A DNA stretch of 39,207 nucleotides, from positions 1-39,207 of the IMG/VR virus record IMGVR_UViG_3300045988_127422. The stretch is one strand, 5' to 3'. The notes under the pieces were generated by a model, which had not been told where the DNA came from, made no database searches, and saw nothing but the letters and a program-made list of their open reading frames with translations. Shown piece by piece: positions 31,343 through 38,852 of this stretch. Source of the DNA: a virus. The translations under genes were made by a program, and so were the position numbers. Within the stretch, counting starts at the first letter, position 1. Each line of letters starts with the position of its first letter.

Positions 31343-32301
31343 AGTTCTCCATTTTTGATTTTTTCCTGCAGCTGCGCTAATTCGCTTTGCAGTTGTTCTT
31401 CTGACATCTGGACTGGTTTAGCATAGAATTTCTCATCTAGCTGGATCGCTTTGATTCCTGGATTGTCTTCTTCGCGTTCCGCTTTGCTCCATTTCTTCAA
31501 AAGTCCTTTCCAGTCCCTGATAGGGTCATTGCCTGTCTTCCATCCGGTGGATTCGTAGTGTTTCCAAAACTTTTTGGCATCTACGTTCAAGTTGTGTTCC
31601 TGGATGTAGTCCACGATTTCTGAAATGGACGGTTTAACAAAACAGTCAGTCCAGTCAGTCTGCACAGTTTCGTTTGTTGCACTTTTTGACGCAGCCATAC
31701 TATCTAACTTCTGACTACTGACTGACTTATTTCTAGACTCTAGACTCTTATCTCTAGACTCTAATCTCTTATCGGACAATGTCCTTTTTTTGTCCGAGAC
31801 AATGTCCTCTACTTTGTCCTTCGATTTTTTCTCTGTTTTTGAGCTCGTTTTTCGAGTGCTTTTTGAGCCTTTTTTTGAGCTTTTTTCAGACGGATTTTTC
31901 TTCTTATTTTCACGATACAATCTCTTTTTTTGTGCCCATCCGGTTTCTGATCCAATCATCGATTCATAATTCGCAATCTTCATCACATCGTTCTCAGACA
32001 CTACAATCAGTCTTAAATTCTGGAATAATTCAAGGGCCGCTCTGACTGTGTCTGCGGAAAAAAACTTTGTGTCACGTGCAATTTTATCGACAGTGTATGG
32101 AACTAATATATTGCCAATTTTTGTAGCTAAAACACCATTTGTATTTGATGTCATGGTGCACAATTTTATGTATAGAGTTACGTATTTACATCCGTCTTCC
32201 TGGGATAAAAGAAAATCGATTGCGTCACTTTCGAAAAAATCAGTCTTCAACTTGATCCAATAATAAACTTTGCTATTATCCTTGATTTCCGACATATGCA
32301 A
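31339..32301 (-). CDS. Replisome organizer (Phage_rep_org_N) with a DnaD-like C-terminal domain
   Basis: YYWIKLKTDFFESDAIDFLLSQEDGCKYVTLYIKLC is the replisome-organizer N-terminal signature. The C-terminal FWKHYESTGWKTGNDPIRDWKGLLKKW is DnaD-like. Confidence 0.8.
   Translation of the reverse strand: MHMSEIKDNSKVYYWIKLKTDFFESDAIDFLLSQEDGCKYVTLYIKLCTMTSNTNGVLATKIGNILVPYTVDKIARDTKFFSADTVRAALELFQNLRLIVVSENDVMKIANYESMIGSETGWAQKKRLYRENKKKNPSEKSSKKGSKSTRKTSSKTEKKSKDKVEDIVSDKKRTLSDKRLESRDKSLESRNKSVSSQKLDSMAASKSATNETVQTDWTDCFVKPSISEIVDYIQEHNLNVDAKKFWKHYESTGWKTGNDPIRDWKGLLKKWSKAEREEDNPGIKAIQLDEKFYAKPVQMSEEQLQSELAQLQEKIKNGEL
31730..31885. repeat. Cluster of short direct and inverted repeats inside the organizer gene linker; candidate phage ori iterons
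   Basis: TCTAGACTC occurs three times (two copies share a TC dinucleotide), with TTATC/TAATC spacers between copies (31731..31772). GACAATGTCCT occurs twice (31775.., 31798..), and the first copy contains the palindrome GGACAaTGTCC. TTTTTGAGC-type units occur four times (31836..31885). Confidence 0.5.
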
Positions 32302-32307
32302 TCCTTT

Positions 32308-32739
32308 CTATTCTTCTTTTGGTTCTATTTCATTTATAACTACCATTACGCATGGTTTCTGTGCATATCTCTTGAAGACATGCAGGTCTGATACTTGCTT
32401 ATCATCTTCGAAAGCCACTTTGTTTAAAGAGTCCAGTACAACCTTTGCAATGTTGTCGGAATCTGGCTTCTTTTGTGGGTGGATTTCATTTGCGAGCATC
32501 TTATTTAACTTCACTTTTGATACACTCTTAGGTGGCGAGAAATACGCGAAAATCTTCACTTCCAGGGACCCTTCCAGCATGCTTGGAGTGCCACACTGTT
32601 CCATGAAGCTTAATCGTACTAGATTCTCATATTCAACTGTTTTAGGTGGTGTATGCACACTTACATACTTACCACGATTAGAGAATCGAGGTCTTCCTTT
32701 GGACCCCGGTTCTCCTGGTACTACAAACTGATAACGCAT
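32308..32739 (-). CDS. rusA: RusA-family Holliday junction resolvase
   Basis: FVVPGEPGSKGRPRFS...VHTPPKT..YE...KKPDSDNIAKVVLDSLNKVAFEDDKQV is the RusA pattern. Confidence 0.85.
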   Translation of the reverse strand: MRYQFVVPGEPGSKGRPRFSNRGKYVSVHTPPKTVEYENLVRLSFMEQCGTPSMLEGSLEVKIFAYFSPPKSVSKVKLNKMLANEIHPQKKPDSDNIAKVVLDSLNKVAFEDDKQVSDLHVFKRYAQKPCVMVVINEIEPKEE

Positions 32740-33545
32740 TATTCTTTGATTTCTCCGGTCACTGGATCTTCACCAGGTTGTTCCTGATATTCTGCATCAA
32801 AGAATTCGTTTGGAACTTCTGTCATATCTTCTTCAATCGTTGTCTTGATTGATTCATCTGTATTCACTTGTTTAACGAATTCAGTTTTCAAAGGAGCGTA
32901 TTTTAGCAGCTTCTTCAAAACTGTCTTCTTGGCCATTTCATCAAAGTTTGTTTTCCATGGTCCACTTGAAAATGATTTTGAATACTTTTTCGCATGATCA
33001 AGAACATCTTCATACGACATGACCTGGAATCCTTGGCCACCATTCACTAATTTGAACGTTGCATAATAATAGATCGGCTTACCTCGATTTGTTCTTGCAG
33101 GTTTATGTTTAAGCACTGGATCCATTCCAAGTTCATACTCAAACTCATCATTTTCATAAACGACTTGAGCATCAATCATCTTGACTTCGCCTGAACGATA
33201 TGCCAGGTCAATCAATCCCTTGTAACCAATCTGGAACTGACAAGCTCCACCATACGGAATCAAATAGGCTTGTCCTAGTGGAGTATTTGGCTCCAGTCCT
33301 AATTGTGCTGCATTCATCATTGCAGCCAAGAATGATTGAGGAGTACATGATGCTAACTTGGCATTATTAGATACCGCAGACAATGCGATTCGTGTAAATC
33401 GTTCTGGAGTCATCACACTAGGCAATGCCTTCGCGATTTCTCCTGACATCACTGAGATATACTCCTTGATGGTCTTTGATTGCTTTTTGGCCACAGTGTT
33501 TGACTGCTTCTTTGCAATCATTCCTTGTTGATTTGTTGTTGTCAT
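32739..33545 (-). CDS. recT: RecT-family single-strand annealing recombinase
   Basis: PERFTRIALSAVSNNAKLASCTPQSFLAAMMNAAQLGLEPNTPLGQAYLIPYGG...FQIGYKGLIDLAYRSG. Confidence 0.9.
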   Translation of the reverse strand: MTTTNQQGMIAKKQSNTVAKKQSKTIKEYISVMSGEIAKALPSVMTPERFTRIALSAVSNNAKLASCTPQSFLAAMMNAAQLGLEPNTPLGQAYLIPYGGACQFQIGYKGLIDLAYRSGEVKMIDAQVVYENDEFEYELGMDPVLKHKPARTNRGKPIYYYATFKLVNGGQGFQVMSYEDVLDHAKKYSKSFSSGPWKTNFDEMAKKTVLKKLLKYAPLKTEFVKQVNTDESIKTTIEEDMTEVPNEFFDAEYQEQPGEDPVTGEIKE

Positions 33546-33559
33546 AAATATTTATCCTC

Positions 33560-34498
33560 CTACTGTTCTTTGACTAAAAATCTTCTCATTTTTCTTTGAG
33601 TTAAGTATTGATCATAAAGTTCAGGTTCATCTTTTCTGAATTCTTTAGTATCGAATGTATTTGATACCGATGTTTTCCATGTAACTTTGAACTTGTCAGA
33701 TGTTCCAATACCAGAATCACCTAAGTAGTTCTTTACTTCATTCTCATGTTTCTTTTGAATATCCTGGAGCTCCTTGATTTTATCTTTGACAAGCTTCAAT
33801 GCATCCAGTTCTTGCTGCAATGGAGTTAGATCCACAATGTTGTCTTCATCATTTTCTACTGGATGAAGTTCACTGATTGCTTGTGCAGTGGAATCCGAAC
33901 CATCGATTGGCGGTTCAATGTCGTTCTCCACACAGTTCCAGAATTCTTCTTCTGCCTTAATCAACGCATCGATTTCCTGGTTGCTTCTAATAACCTCATA
34001 GCAGTACAAGTCAACCCCTGGAATATAAATAGCTATATACCACTTAGAAAGACCAGTAACCGCCATATAATGCATGCACTGTGCATAATACTGAGGTGGA
34101 ATGTTTCCTTTCTGATACATATCTTTGTTGTATTCAGACGTGGTCTTGATTTCAAGACCTGCATCCTCTCCAACAACCAATCTGTCAATGTTGGCCAACA
34201 TGAACGGATGATCTACAGATTGAAATGAAAATCCACTCTTTCGACATTTCTTGCCAGTTTCTTCTTCCCAACGCTTAGCCACATAAGCTTCCGCATCTCG
34301 ACCAAATCGCATGCGCTCATTGTCAATGTTCTTATGGATTCGGCCAGTCTTTTCACACCACAATGCATAAGCCGACTTGTATTTGTTCATGCCTAGAACA
34401 GAACCGGCATCCGATCCACCGATCCCTTTTAGACGATTGTCCAGCCACTCTTCATGAGTAGCTGGTAACTTATGCTTTGTCACTTTATTCATCTTCAT
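33560..34498 (-). CDS. YqaJ-like recombination exonuclease
   Basis: EEWLDNRLKGIGGSDAGSVLGMNKYKSAYALWCEKTG...FGRDAEAYV...ANIDRLVVGEDAGLEIKTTS. I prefer the start MKMNKV at 34498 (GAGG 8 nt upstream). The track start at 34576 is unsupported. Confidence 0.8.
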   Translation of the reverse strand: MKMNKVTKHKLPATHEEWLDNRLKGIGGSDAGSVLGMNKYKSAYALWCEKTGRIHKNIDNERMRFGRDAEAYVAKRWEEETGKKCRKSGFSFQSVDHPFMLANIDRLVVGEDAGLEIKTTSEYNKDMYQKGNIPPQYYAQCMHYMAVTGLSKWYIAIYIPGVDLYCYEVIRSNQEIDALIKAEEEFWNCVENDIEPPIDGSDSTAQAISELHPVENDEDNIVDLTPLQQELDALKLVKDKIKELQDIQKKHENEVKNYLGDSGIGTSDKFKVTWKTSVSNTFDTKEFRKDEPELYDQYLTQRKMRRFLVKEQ

Positions 34499-34598
34499 TT
34501 GATTCATCCTCTTTTTCTTCTTCTGGTTCACCTTCATCATCGATGTAACGATTGTCATTCCATTCTCTCCAGTCATCGATATCCTTAAAGAATGGCAT
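34485..34598 (-). CDS. Small acidic ORF (37 aa, MPFFKDIDDWREWNDNRYIDDEGEPEEEKEDESNEDE)
   Basis: AAGGAGA SD upstream of the ATG at 34598. Confidence 0.35.
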   Translation of the reverse strand: MPFFKDIDDWREWNDNRYIDDEGEPEEEKEDESNEDE

Positions 34599-34600
34599 TG

Positions 34601-34864
34601 CTAGTTCTCCTTGAATGGTGGATGCTCCGCTAGAAATCTGTCCGTTTCGCCATCGTAGCATTCTGCACATACCGCATATCCAAATCCATATGCAGTATGT
34701 ACTTCTCTCGATGTGTACATCTCACCGAATCTGAATATTCTTCCACATTGTGCACATGGCACCATCTTTTCCATATCATCTTCATACGTTCTGCATTCAT
34801 CAGGAAGAAGAACATCTTCATACTTATGCAGCTTCGTGTTGTATCTGCCTGCTCTAATGGACAT
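34601..34864 (-). CDS. Small zinc-binding protein (87 aa)
   Basis: I set the start at the ATG at 34864 (SD AAGAGG). Contains CAQCG...CAEC. Confidence 0.5.
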   Translation of the reverse strand: MSIRAGRYNTKLHKYEDVLLPDECRTYEDDMEKMVPCAQCGRIFRFGEMYTSREVHTAYGFGYAVCAECYDGETDRFLAEHPPFKEN

Positions 34865-35258
34865 AGCACTTACCTCTTTTATTTGCGTTGTTGATATCGC
34901 AATAACTTCTGATTTTCTGTTGCAACCTATCTTGGAACGCATCTACTGCACTTTCGAAGCAATCGATCGTCTGGTCTGAACTTAGATCGAATAGAGATCC
35001 AACTGCACATATACTAGGATTTGCATGTGCTTCAATATCCAGCATAGGCGATATAGCAACTTCGTATGCACTGCCTAAAGATTTCAAATATTCTTTAAAT
35101 TCAGATTCGATTTTCGCAAGATCATCAGGATTGCTAGATTTTGCGATATCTTTCTTTAATTTGTCGAATCTTTCCATGATTTCATTGATTTGAGCATTTC
35201 TTTCAAGTATTTCCTCTAAGCTCGCTTTTATTGGTTCGCGGTATCCCTTTTTTTCCAT
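34854..35258 (-). CDS. Hypothetical early protein; paralog of 35273..35650
   Basis: Shared layout: EFKEYLKSLGSAYEVAISP / EFQNLIKNCGAAFELRVIP and TIDCFESAVDAFQDRLQQKI / ITECFKACTQAFSKELERQI. SD is TAGGAGGAG. Confidence 0.55.
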   Translation of the reverse strand: MEKKGYREPIKASLEEILERNAQINEIMERFDKLKKDIAKSSNPDDLAKIESEFKEYLKSLGSAYEVAISPMLDIEAHANPSICAVGSLFDLSSDQTIDCFESAVDAFQDRLQQKIRSYCDINNANKRGKCYVH

Positions 35259-35272
35259 ATTGATGTCTCCTC

Positions 35273-35650
35273 CTAATGAATCTGATGATTGACTTTGTTC
35301 ATGTTGATTTGTCTTTCAAGCTCTTTAGAAAAAGCCTGCGTACACGCTTTGAAGCACTCAGTGATTAGATCAGGCTTCATCTCTGTAGTGACTCCAAAAA
35401 TTAAAGCACCAGCTTTTGATTCACCAGTTACAACCGGACTATCAAACCCAGGAATCACTCTCAATTCAAATGCTGCTCCGCAATTCTTAATGAGATTTTG
35501 AAATTCTTCTATAATTGCGTCACCCTCTTCTTCTGATACATCACCTTGTAGCTTTTCATAAAGCTCATTAAGCTTGTCATTCATTCTTTCATATTTTTTC
35601 GACTCATCATCGAATTCATTCCCACTTTTTTTCAATACAAATTGTTTCAT
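35273..35650 (-). CDS. Hypothetical early protein; paralog of 34854..35258
   Basis: See the previous feature. SD is AAAAAGGAGAA. Confidence 0.55.
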   Translation of the reverse strand: MKQFVLKKSGNEFDDESKKYERMNDKLNELYEKLQGDVSEEEGDAIIEEFQNLIKNCGAAFELRVIPGFDSPVVTGESKAGALIFGVTTEMKPDLITECFKACTQAFSKELERQINMNKVNHQIH

Positions 35651-35677
35651 TTTTGATTTTCTCCTTTTTACCTTTTA

Positions 35678-35696
35678 CTCAAACCCTGCAACCTGG
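35678..35696 (+). repeat. Left arm of a 19-bp imperfect inverted repeat (CTCAAACCCTGCAACCTGG)
   Basis: Its reverse complement matches 35900..35918 at 17 of 19 positions. Confidence 0.75.
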
Positions 35697-35899
35697 ATAT
35701 CGCAATCTGCTAATTATTTATGCCCAAATTCAAACGTGTTTTTTTGCTTTATCTTAGGAAGTTTAACCAGTTACGATCATGGATTTTTTTGACGTGCTTG
35801 CATTATTTATGACAATTTTTTAAGAAGGTATTGAGATATCGGTCTATTATGAAAAGAATGATCCTTTTTTTTAGCAGACCACGTCACTTACGGCAATAC

Positions 35900-35918
35900 C
35901 CAGGTTGCAAGATTTGAG
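35900..35918 (-). repeat. Right arm of the inverted repeat (plus strand CCAGGTTGCAAGATTTGAG)
   Basis: Pairs with 35678..35696. The arms enclose a 203-bp AT-rich non-coding segment. Confidence 0.75.
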
Positions 35919-35980
35919 ATATATGTATATAATTTAGTTGTTCATTTTTGATTGGCCACTTTCCTAATAAGTGGTCTTTT

Positions 35981-36247
35981 TTATGCTCTGTATGACTTAC
36001 GCAGCTTGATCAGATTGTCCAAATATGGCTGCAGGCCAAGAACACTGATTACTTTAGTTGTTGGCCATCCAAAACAATTGGATTCAACACCAAGCTTATT
36101 CAACTCTGTTTTAACAGTGGCGCTGCAACATCCAATAATCTCTGCCAAGTCTCCTTGCGTGATATATGCATACTTTGTAAGCTTCTGGATCTTGTCCTCA
36201 ACTTCCGCATCATATTCCTGACGAGATACAGTTCTTATAGTTTTCAT
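35981..36247 (-). CDS. Small HTH DNA-binding protein (88 aa)
   Basis: ITQGDLAEIIGCCSATVKTELNKLG is HTH-like. Confidence 0.5.
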   Translation of the reverse strand: MKTIRTVSRQEYDAEVEDKIQKLTKYAYITQGDLAEIIGCCSATVKTELNKLGVESNCFGWPTTKVISVLGLQPYLDNLIKLRKSYRA

Positions 36248-36262
36248 ATGTGATTCACCTCC

Positions 36263-36502
36263 TTACCAAATTTGCTTTGCTAAGATAACGAAATTTAACA
36301 ATGTGACCATGAATCCAAATGCGTACAGGATAAACAACGTTCCTTTTTCTTCACTGTCGATTCTGCCACCTTTTTCAAAGATTACCTGGACATTGACTTC
36401 CGGTTGTTCCTTGGTTGGTTGTCCAAAATTGAAATCAGGAATCTCCAATTGATTCTCCATTACAGTATCCGCTTTCTTAGTTGCTGTGTTTGCTCTTGGC
36501 AT
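36263..36502 (-). CDS. Small membrane protein (C-terminal TM segment)
   Basis: LFILYAFGFMVTLLNFVILAKQIW. ATG at 36502 with a GAAGGA SD (the track uses a GTG at 36517). Confidence 0.45.
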   Translation of the reverse strand: MPRANTATKKADTVMENQLEIPDFNFGQPTKEQPEVNVQVIFEKGGRIDSEEKGTLFILYAFGFMVTLLNFVILAKQIW

Positions 36503-36785
36503 GTTTAAATCCTTCACTTTCTATTTTTTCGATTGCTTCATCCAATTTAAATCTGAAATTGAACTCTTCAATATCCTGCATTCCAAGATAATAAAGGAGG
36601 TCAATATCTTCATGATTGAATACGTAACAATGTTCTTTATCCATATAACCTTCCGACCATGGACATCCTGCATAATCGTAGAGCTTTTTTGTTTTTGGAT
36701 TCGCTTGAAGTCTTCCGATAATCATCAACTTCTTGGTTCCTTCTTTAAGAACTACGACGCTTCCAATAGGTAATAATTCTTGCAT
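36477..36785 (-). CDS. DUF4176-family protein
   Basis: LLPIGSVVVLKEGTKKLMIIGRL......YDYAGCPWSEGY.....VFNHEDIDLLYYLGMQD fits the DUF4176 pattern. Confidence 0.65.
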   Translation of the reverse strand: MQELLPIGSVVVLKEGTKKLMIIGRLQANPKTKKLYDYAGCPWSEGYMDKEHCYVFNHEDIDLLYYLGMQDIEEFNFRFKLDEAIEKIESEGFKHAKSKHSN

Positions 36786-36847
36786 GTTCTACTCCTTTCT
36801 ACTGCGTTCTACTACGTTTCTACTACGTTTCTACTACGTTCTGGTGC
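36786..36847. repeat. Five to six tandem 10-11-bp repeats (plus strand GTT(T)CTACT(A/C/G)C; minus strand ACGTAGTAGAA) abutting the start codon and SD of 36477..36785
   Basis: Read directly: gttctactcc tttctactgc gttctactac gtttctactac gtttctactac gttctggtgc. The last unit on the mRNA strand contains the SD (AAAGGAG). Confidence 0.85.
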
Positions 36848-37066
36848 AGCACTTGAGGTGCCACTTCACTGTATTGATACTCATAGACTTTGGAATTTGA
36901 TTTTTTAATCGTTTCAGTTATTGGGGATATCTTTAACGATATTTTGTAAGTGTATACTTAAGTAGTTTTGGAGGCTGTACTCACCTCTTTAATAAAATGC
37001 TGTTATTGTTATGCTAGATTATAGTTTTTTCTATATGTACATTTTTATGATCAAACCACTAAGTCT

Positions 37067-37102
37067 AATATCTTTTTTGCGAAAAGAGATATTTCTTTTT
37101 TT
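37067..37102 (+). terminator. Orphan plus-strand intrinsic terminator in the 570-bp non-coding region
   Basis: AATATCTTTT-ttgcg-AAAAGAGATATT (one bulge) followed by TCTTTTTTT. There is no plus-strand ORF upstream. Confidence 0.5.
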
Positions 37103-37360
37103 GTATCAAACAGTATTCTGCTAGAAAATTTAAGGGGTTTTATTTTGAATCAATCTACTCCTGAATAACTGCATGTGATAAGGTCTGTAGAGCACTGATC
37201 CAGGATTCAATTGGACTTGAACGAACAAACTAGCAGGTTTGTGTATAAGAGCTTTTCTTAGGCTCTCGAAGCAACACCTCAAGTACTGACCAGAGAGTTT
37301 CTGCATTTATGTGCACTTTTGAAAATTCGATGATACTATGTATCCTGAAAGGAGGTGAGT

Positions 37361-37570
37361 ATGCTTATGTACAATTTGATACCCGTACGATCAAGCAGAA
37401 TGAATGCTGTTGGATGGAATGAAGGCACCATGTACATTCAATTCAAGAATGGAGCCTTATATGCTTACTACAATGTCAGTGAGTCTGAATATAAAGCCTT
37501 TATTTCTTCGCCGTCATTAGGTCAGGCACTAAATACGTTCCAGCATAGACATCCATATCGACGTGTCTAA
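37361..37570 (+). CDS. KTSC-domain protein
   Basis: SSRMNAVGWNEGTMYIQFKNGALYAYYNVSESEYKAFISSPSLGQALN fits the KTSC pattern (S..i.avgYd...l.v.F.nG..Y.Y..Vp...y..l..a.S.G.y.n). SD is AAAGGAGG. I prefer the ATG at 37361 over the track's GTG. Confidence 0.65.
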   Translation: MLMYNLIPVRSSRMNAVGWNEGTMYIQFKNGALYAYYNVSESEYKAFISSPSLGQALNTFQHRHPYRRV

Positions 37571-37863
37571 TCTGTTGGAGTAGACAATTCCTTGCTTACA
37601 ACAGTTACTCTGTCTACATCTACAACTACAGAACACATAGGATTGAAGTGACTTGTTAAGTACTCTTGCAAAGGCTTAGCAAGTACCTTTAATTCATCCG
37701 GATTGATTCTTGCTTTCGGAACCAATCTAACGTTTAAATCAGAACTAGTTATTTCAACACCGTCACTGTTGATAATGACTAGTTTTTCTTTTGTTTTTTC
37801 ATCCTCAACAATAAGTTCTTTCCATTCATTGGATAGAATCTTTGATGATTCATCTTTTCTCAT
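37567..37863 (-). CDS. Hypothetical early protein (98 aa)
   Basis: ATG at 37863 with a GGGAGG SD. It is the first gene after cro. Confidence 0.5.
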   Translation of the reverse strand: MRKDESSKILSNEWKELIVEDEKTKEKLVIINSDGVEITSSDLNVRLVPKARINPDELKVLAKPLQEYLTSHFNPMCSVVVDVDRVTVVSKELSTPTD

Positions 37864-37958
37864 ATAATTTCCTCCCATCCTCAAGTACCGCACCAATCTT
37901 ATTTATTTAATTTCTGTGGTAGTCGTTGGTAGTATTCTTTAAAATAAGTTTAATATTT

Positions 37959-38174
37959 TTAAACTTTTTCTGTAAAAAAATAATATCCTACTTGGTCTTT
38001 CGGAATATTTAACATATCGCATATTTTAACGATATCATCTCGTGAAAATGGCGTTTTACTTTGCATTTTTCGAGACATTGTATTTTCAGATGTTCCAAAC
38101 GCTTCTGCAAATTGGTTTTGACTCCCATATTTCTCAATCATTTTAGCTTTTAAAGCGTTAAAATCAAACTTCAT
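37959..38174 (-). CDS. Cro-like HTH regulator (DUF739/XRE type)
   Basis: MKFDFNALKAKMIEKYGSQNQFAEAFGTSENTMSRKMQSKTPFSRDDIVKICDMLNI. Divergent from the cI-like gene. ATG at 38174 with a GAAGGAGG SD. Confidence 0.75.
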   Translation of the reverse strand: MKFDFNALKAKMIEKYGSQNQFAEAFGTSENTMSRKMQSKTPFSRDDIVKICDMLNIPKDQVGYYFFTEKV

Positions 38175-38203
38175 TTTTAACACCTCCTTCATTTGACAAC
38201 TAA

Positions 38204-38232
38204 AGTTTAACTTTATTAAACTCTTTTGTCAA
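38204..38232 (-). promoter_or_regulatory. Early lytic promoter (TTGACA, 17 nt, TAAACT) overlapping TTGACAA-type operator half-sites
   Basis: The minus strand reads gtgTTGACAaaagagtttaataaagtTAAACTtta. The inverted half-sites TTGACAA (38193..38199) and TTGTCAA (38226..38232) bracket the inner palindrome AGTTTAA-cttta-TTAAACT. Confidence 0.6.
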
Positions 38233-38263
38233 CACGTTTGTTTAATTTTATTGAACTTTGTTG

Positions 38264-38292
38264 TTGATTTACTTAATTTTGTTCAATATAAT
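38264..38292 (+). promoter_or_regulatory. Repressor promoter (TTGATT, 17 nt, TATAAT)
   Basis: Read directly, 22 nt upstream of the cI-like start codon. Confidence 0.55.
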
Positions 38293-38313
38293 TAAATCGT
38301 GAGGTATATAAAT

Positions 38314-38664
38314 ATGTCAGAAATTAAAGATAGAATTATTGAAGCATTAAAATACAATAGAATGAGTGCAAAAGAACTTAGTGATAAAACTGGTATTCCA
38401 AAATCGTCTATATCTCAATATATGAGCGGATATGCCAAACCGAAACATGACCGAATTTATCTAATTGCTAAAGCATTACACGTTGATGAAGCTTGGTTGA
38501 TCGGCTATGATGTTCCGATGGTTAAAGAGACATTCACACAGAATCTCTCCCCAAACGAAAAAAATCTCTTGGACATATATCGTGTTTTAGACGACAAAGG
38601 CCAGCACACAGTGGATACAGTCACACAAATGGAATATGAAAGAGTTAAAAAGGATAATAAGTAA
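38314..38664 (+). CDS. CI-like XRE-family repressor
   Basis: MSAKELSDKTGIPKSSISQYMSGYAKPKHDRIYLIAKALHVDEAWLIGYD is an HTH_3 motif. Divergent from cro. ATG at 38314 (the track starts at an upstream GTG within the SD). Confidence 0.85.
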   Translation: MSEIKDRIIEALKYNRMSAKELSDKTGIPKSSISQYMSGYAKPKHDRIYLIAKALHVDEAWLIGYDVPMVKETFTQNLSPNEKNLLDIYRVLDDKGQHTVDTVTQMEYERVKKDNK

Positions 38665-38725
38665 TTTATGTATGTAAATATATCTGGATTTTGATTATAG
38701 AAGGAGTTGACAAACGACATATTGT

Positions 38726-38754
38726 TTGACAATCAAAATATAATTTAGTAAAAT
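38726..38754 (+). promoter_or_regulatory. Promoter upstream of the Abi gene (TTGACA, 17 nt, TAAAAT)
   Basis: Read directly. It is preceded by a second TTGACAA copy at 38707. Confidence 0.55.
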
Positions 38755-38805
38755 GAGGACAAGGATAGCGGTAGAGAATTCTAAGTGAACCTACTCGCGC
38801 AAGAA

Positions 38806-38832
38806 AGTCTCTCATTTTGAGGGGCTTTTTTT
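38806..38832 (+). terminator. Leader hairpin plus T7 between the promoter and the Abi start codon
   Basis: AGTCTCTC-atttt-GAGGGGCT (8 bp, two G-U pairs) followed by TTTTTTT. It ends 20 nt before the ATG at 38853. Confidence 0.5.
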
Positions 38833-38852
38833 GTTAGGAGGAGATTACAAAA

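Noticed and set aside
36786-36847. The tandem repeats as a CRISPR array.
   Set aside because: The units are 10-11 bp with no spacers between them. No cas genes are present.
38668-38682. TATGTATGTAAATAT after the repressor stop as a shufflon-like site.
   Set aside because: It shares only GTATGT with the core and lacks the CnTTTAC part.
25096-38732. Shadow ORFs in the packaging and early regions. Examples: 25096..25383, 26409..26633, 26486..26701, 27104..27388, 27629..27853, 28230..28415, 28794..28994, 29512..29751, 29536..29778, 29779..29973, 29937..30242, 30273..30500, 30644..31075, 30907..31089, 31089..31271, 31118..31426, 31779..32045, 32048..32263, 32270..32731, 33863..34228, 34630..34869, 34697..34894, 34713..34979, 35289..35501, 35574..35792, 35952..36221, 36486..36773 and 38505..38732. 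The ORF 3958..4179 inside the recombinase gene belongs to the same class.
   Set aside because: The reasoning is the same: they overlap better-supported genes on the opposite strand or in another frame, and they lack SD sequences.
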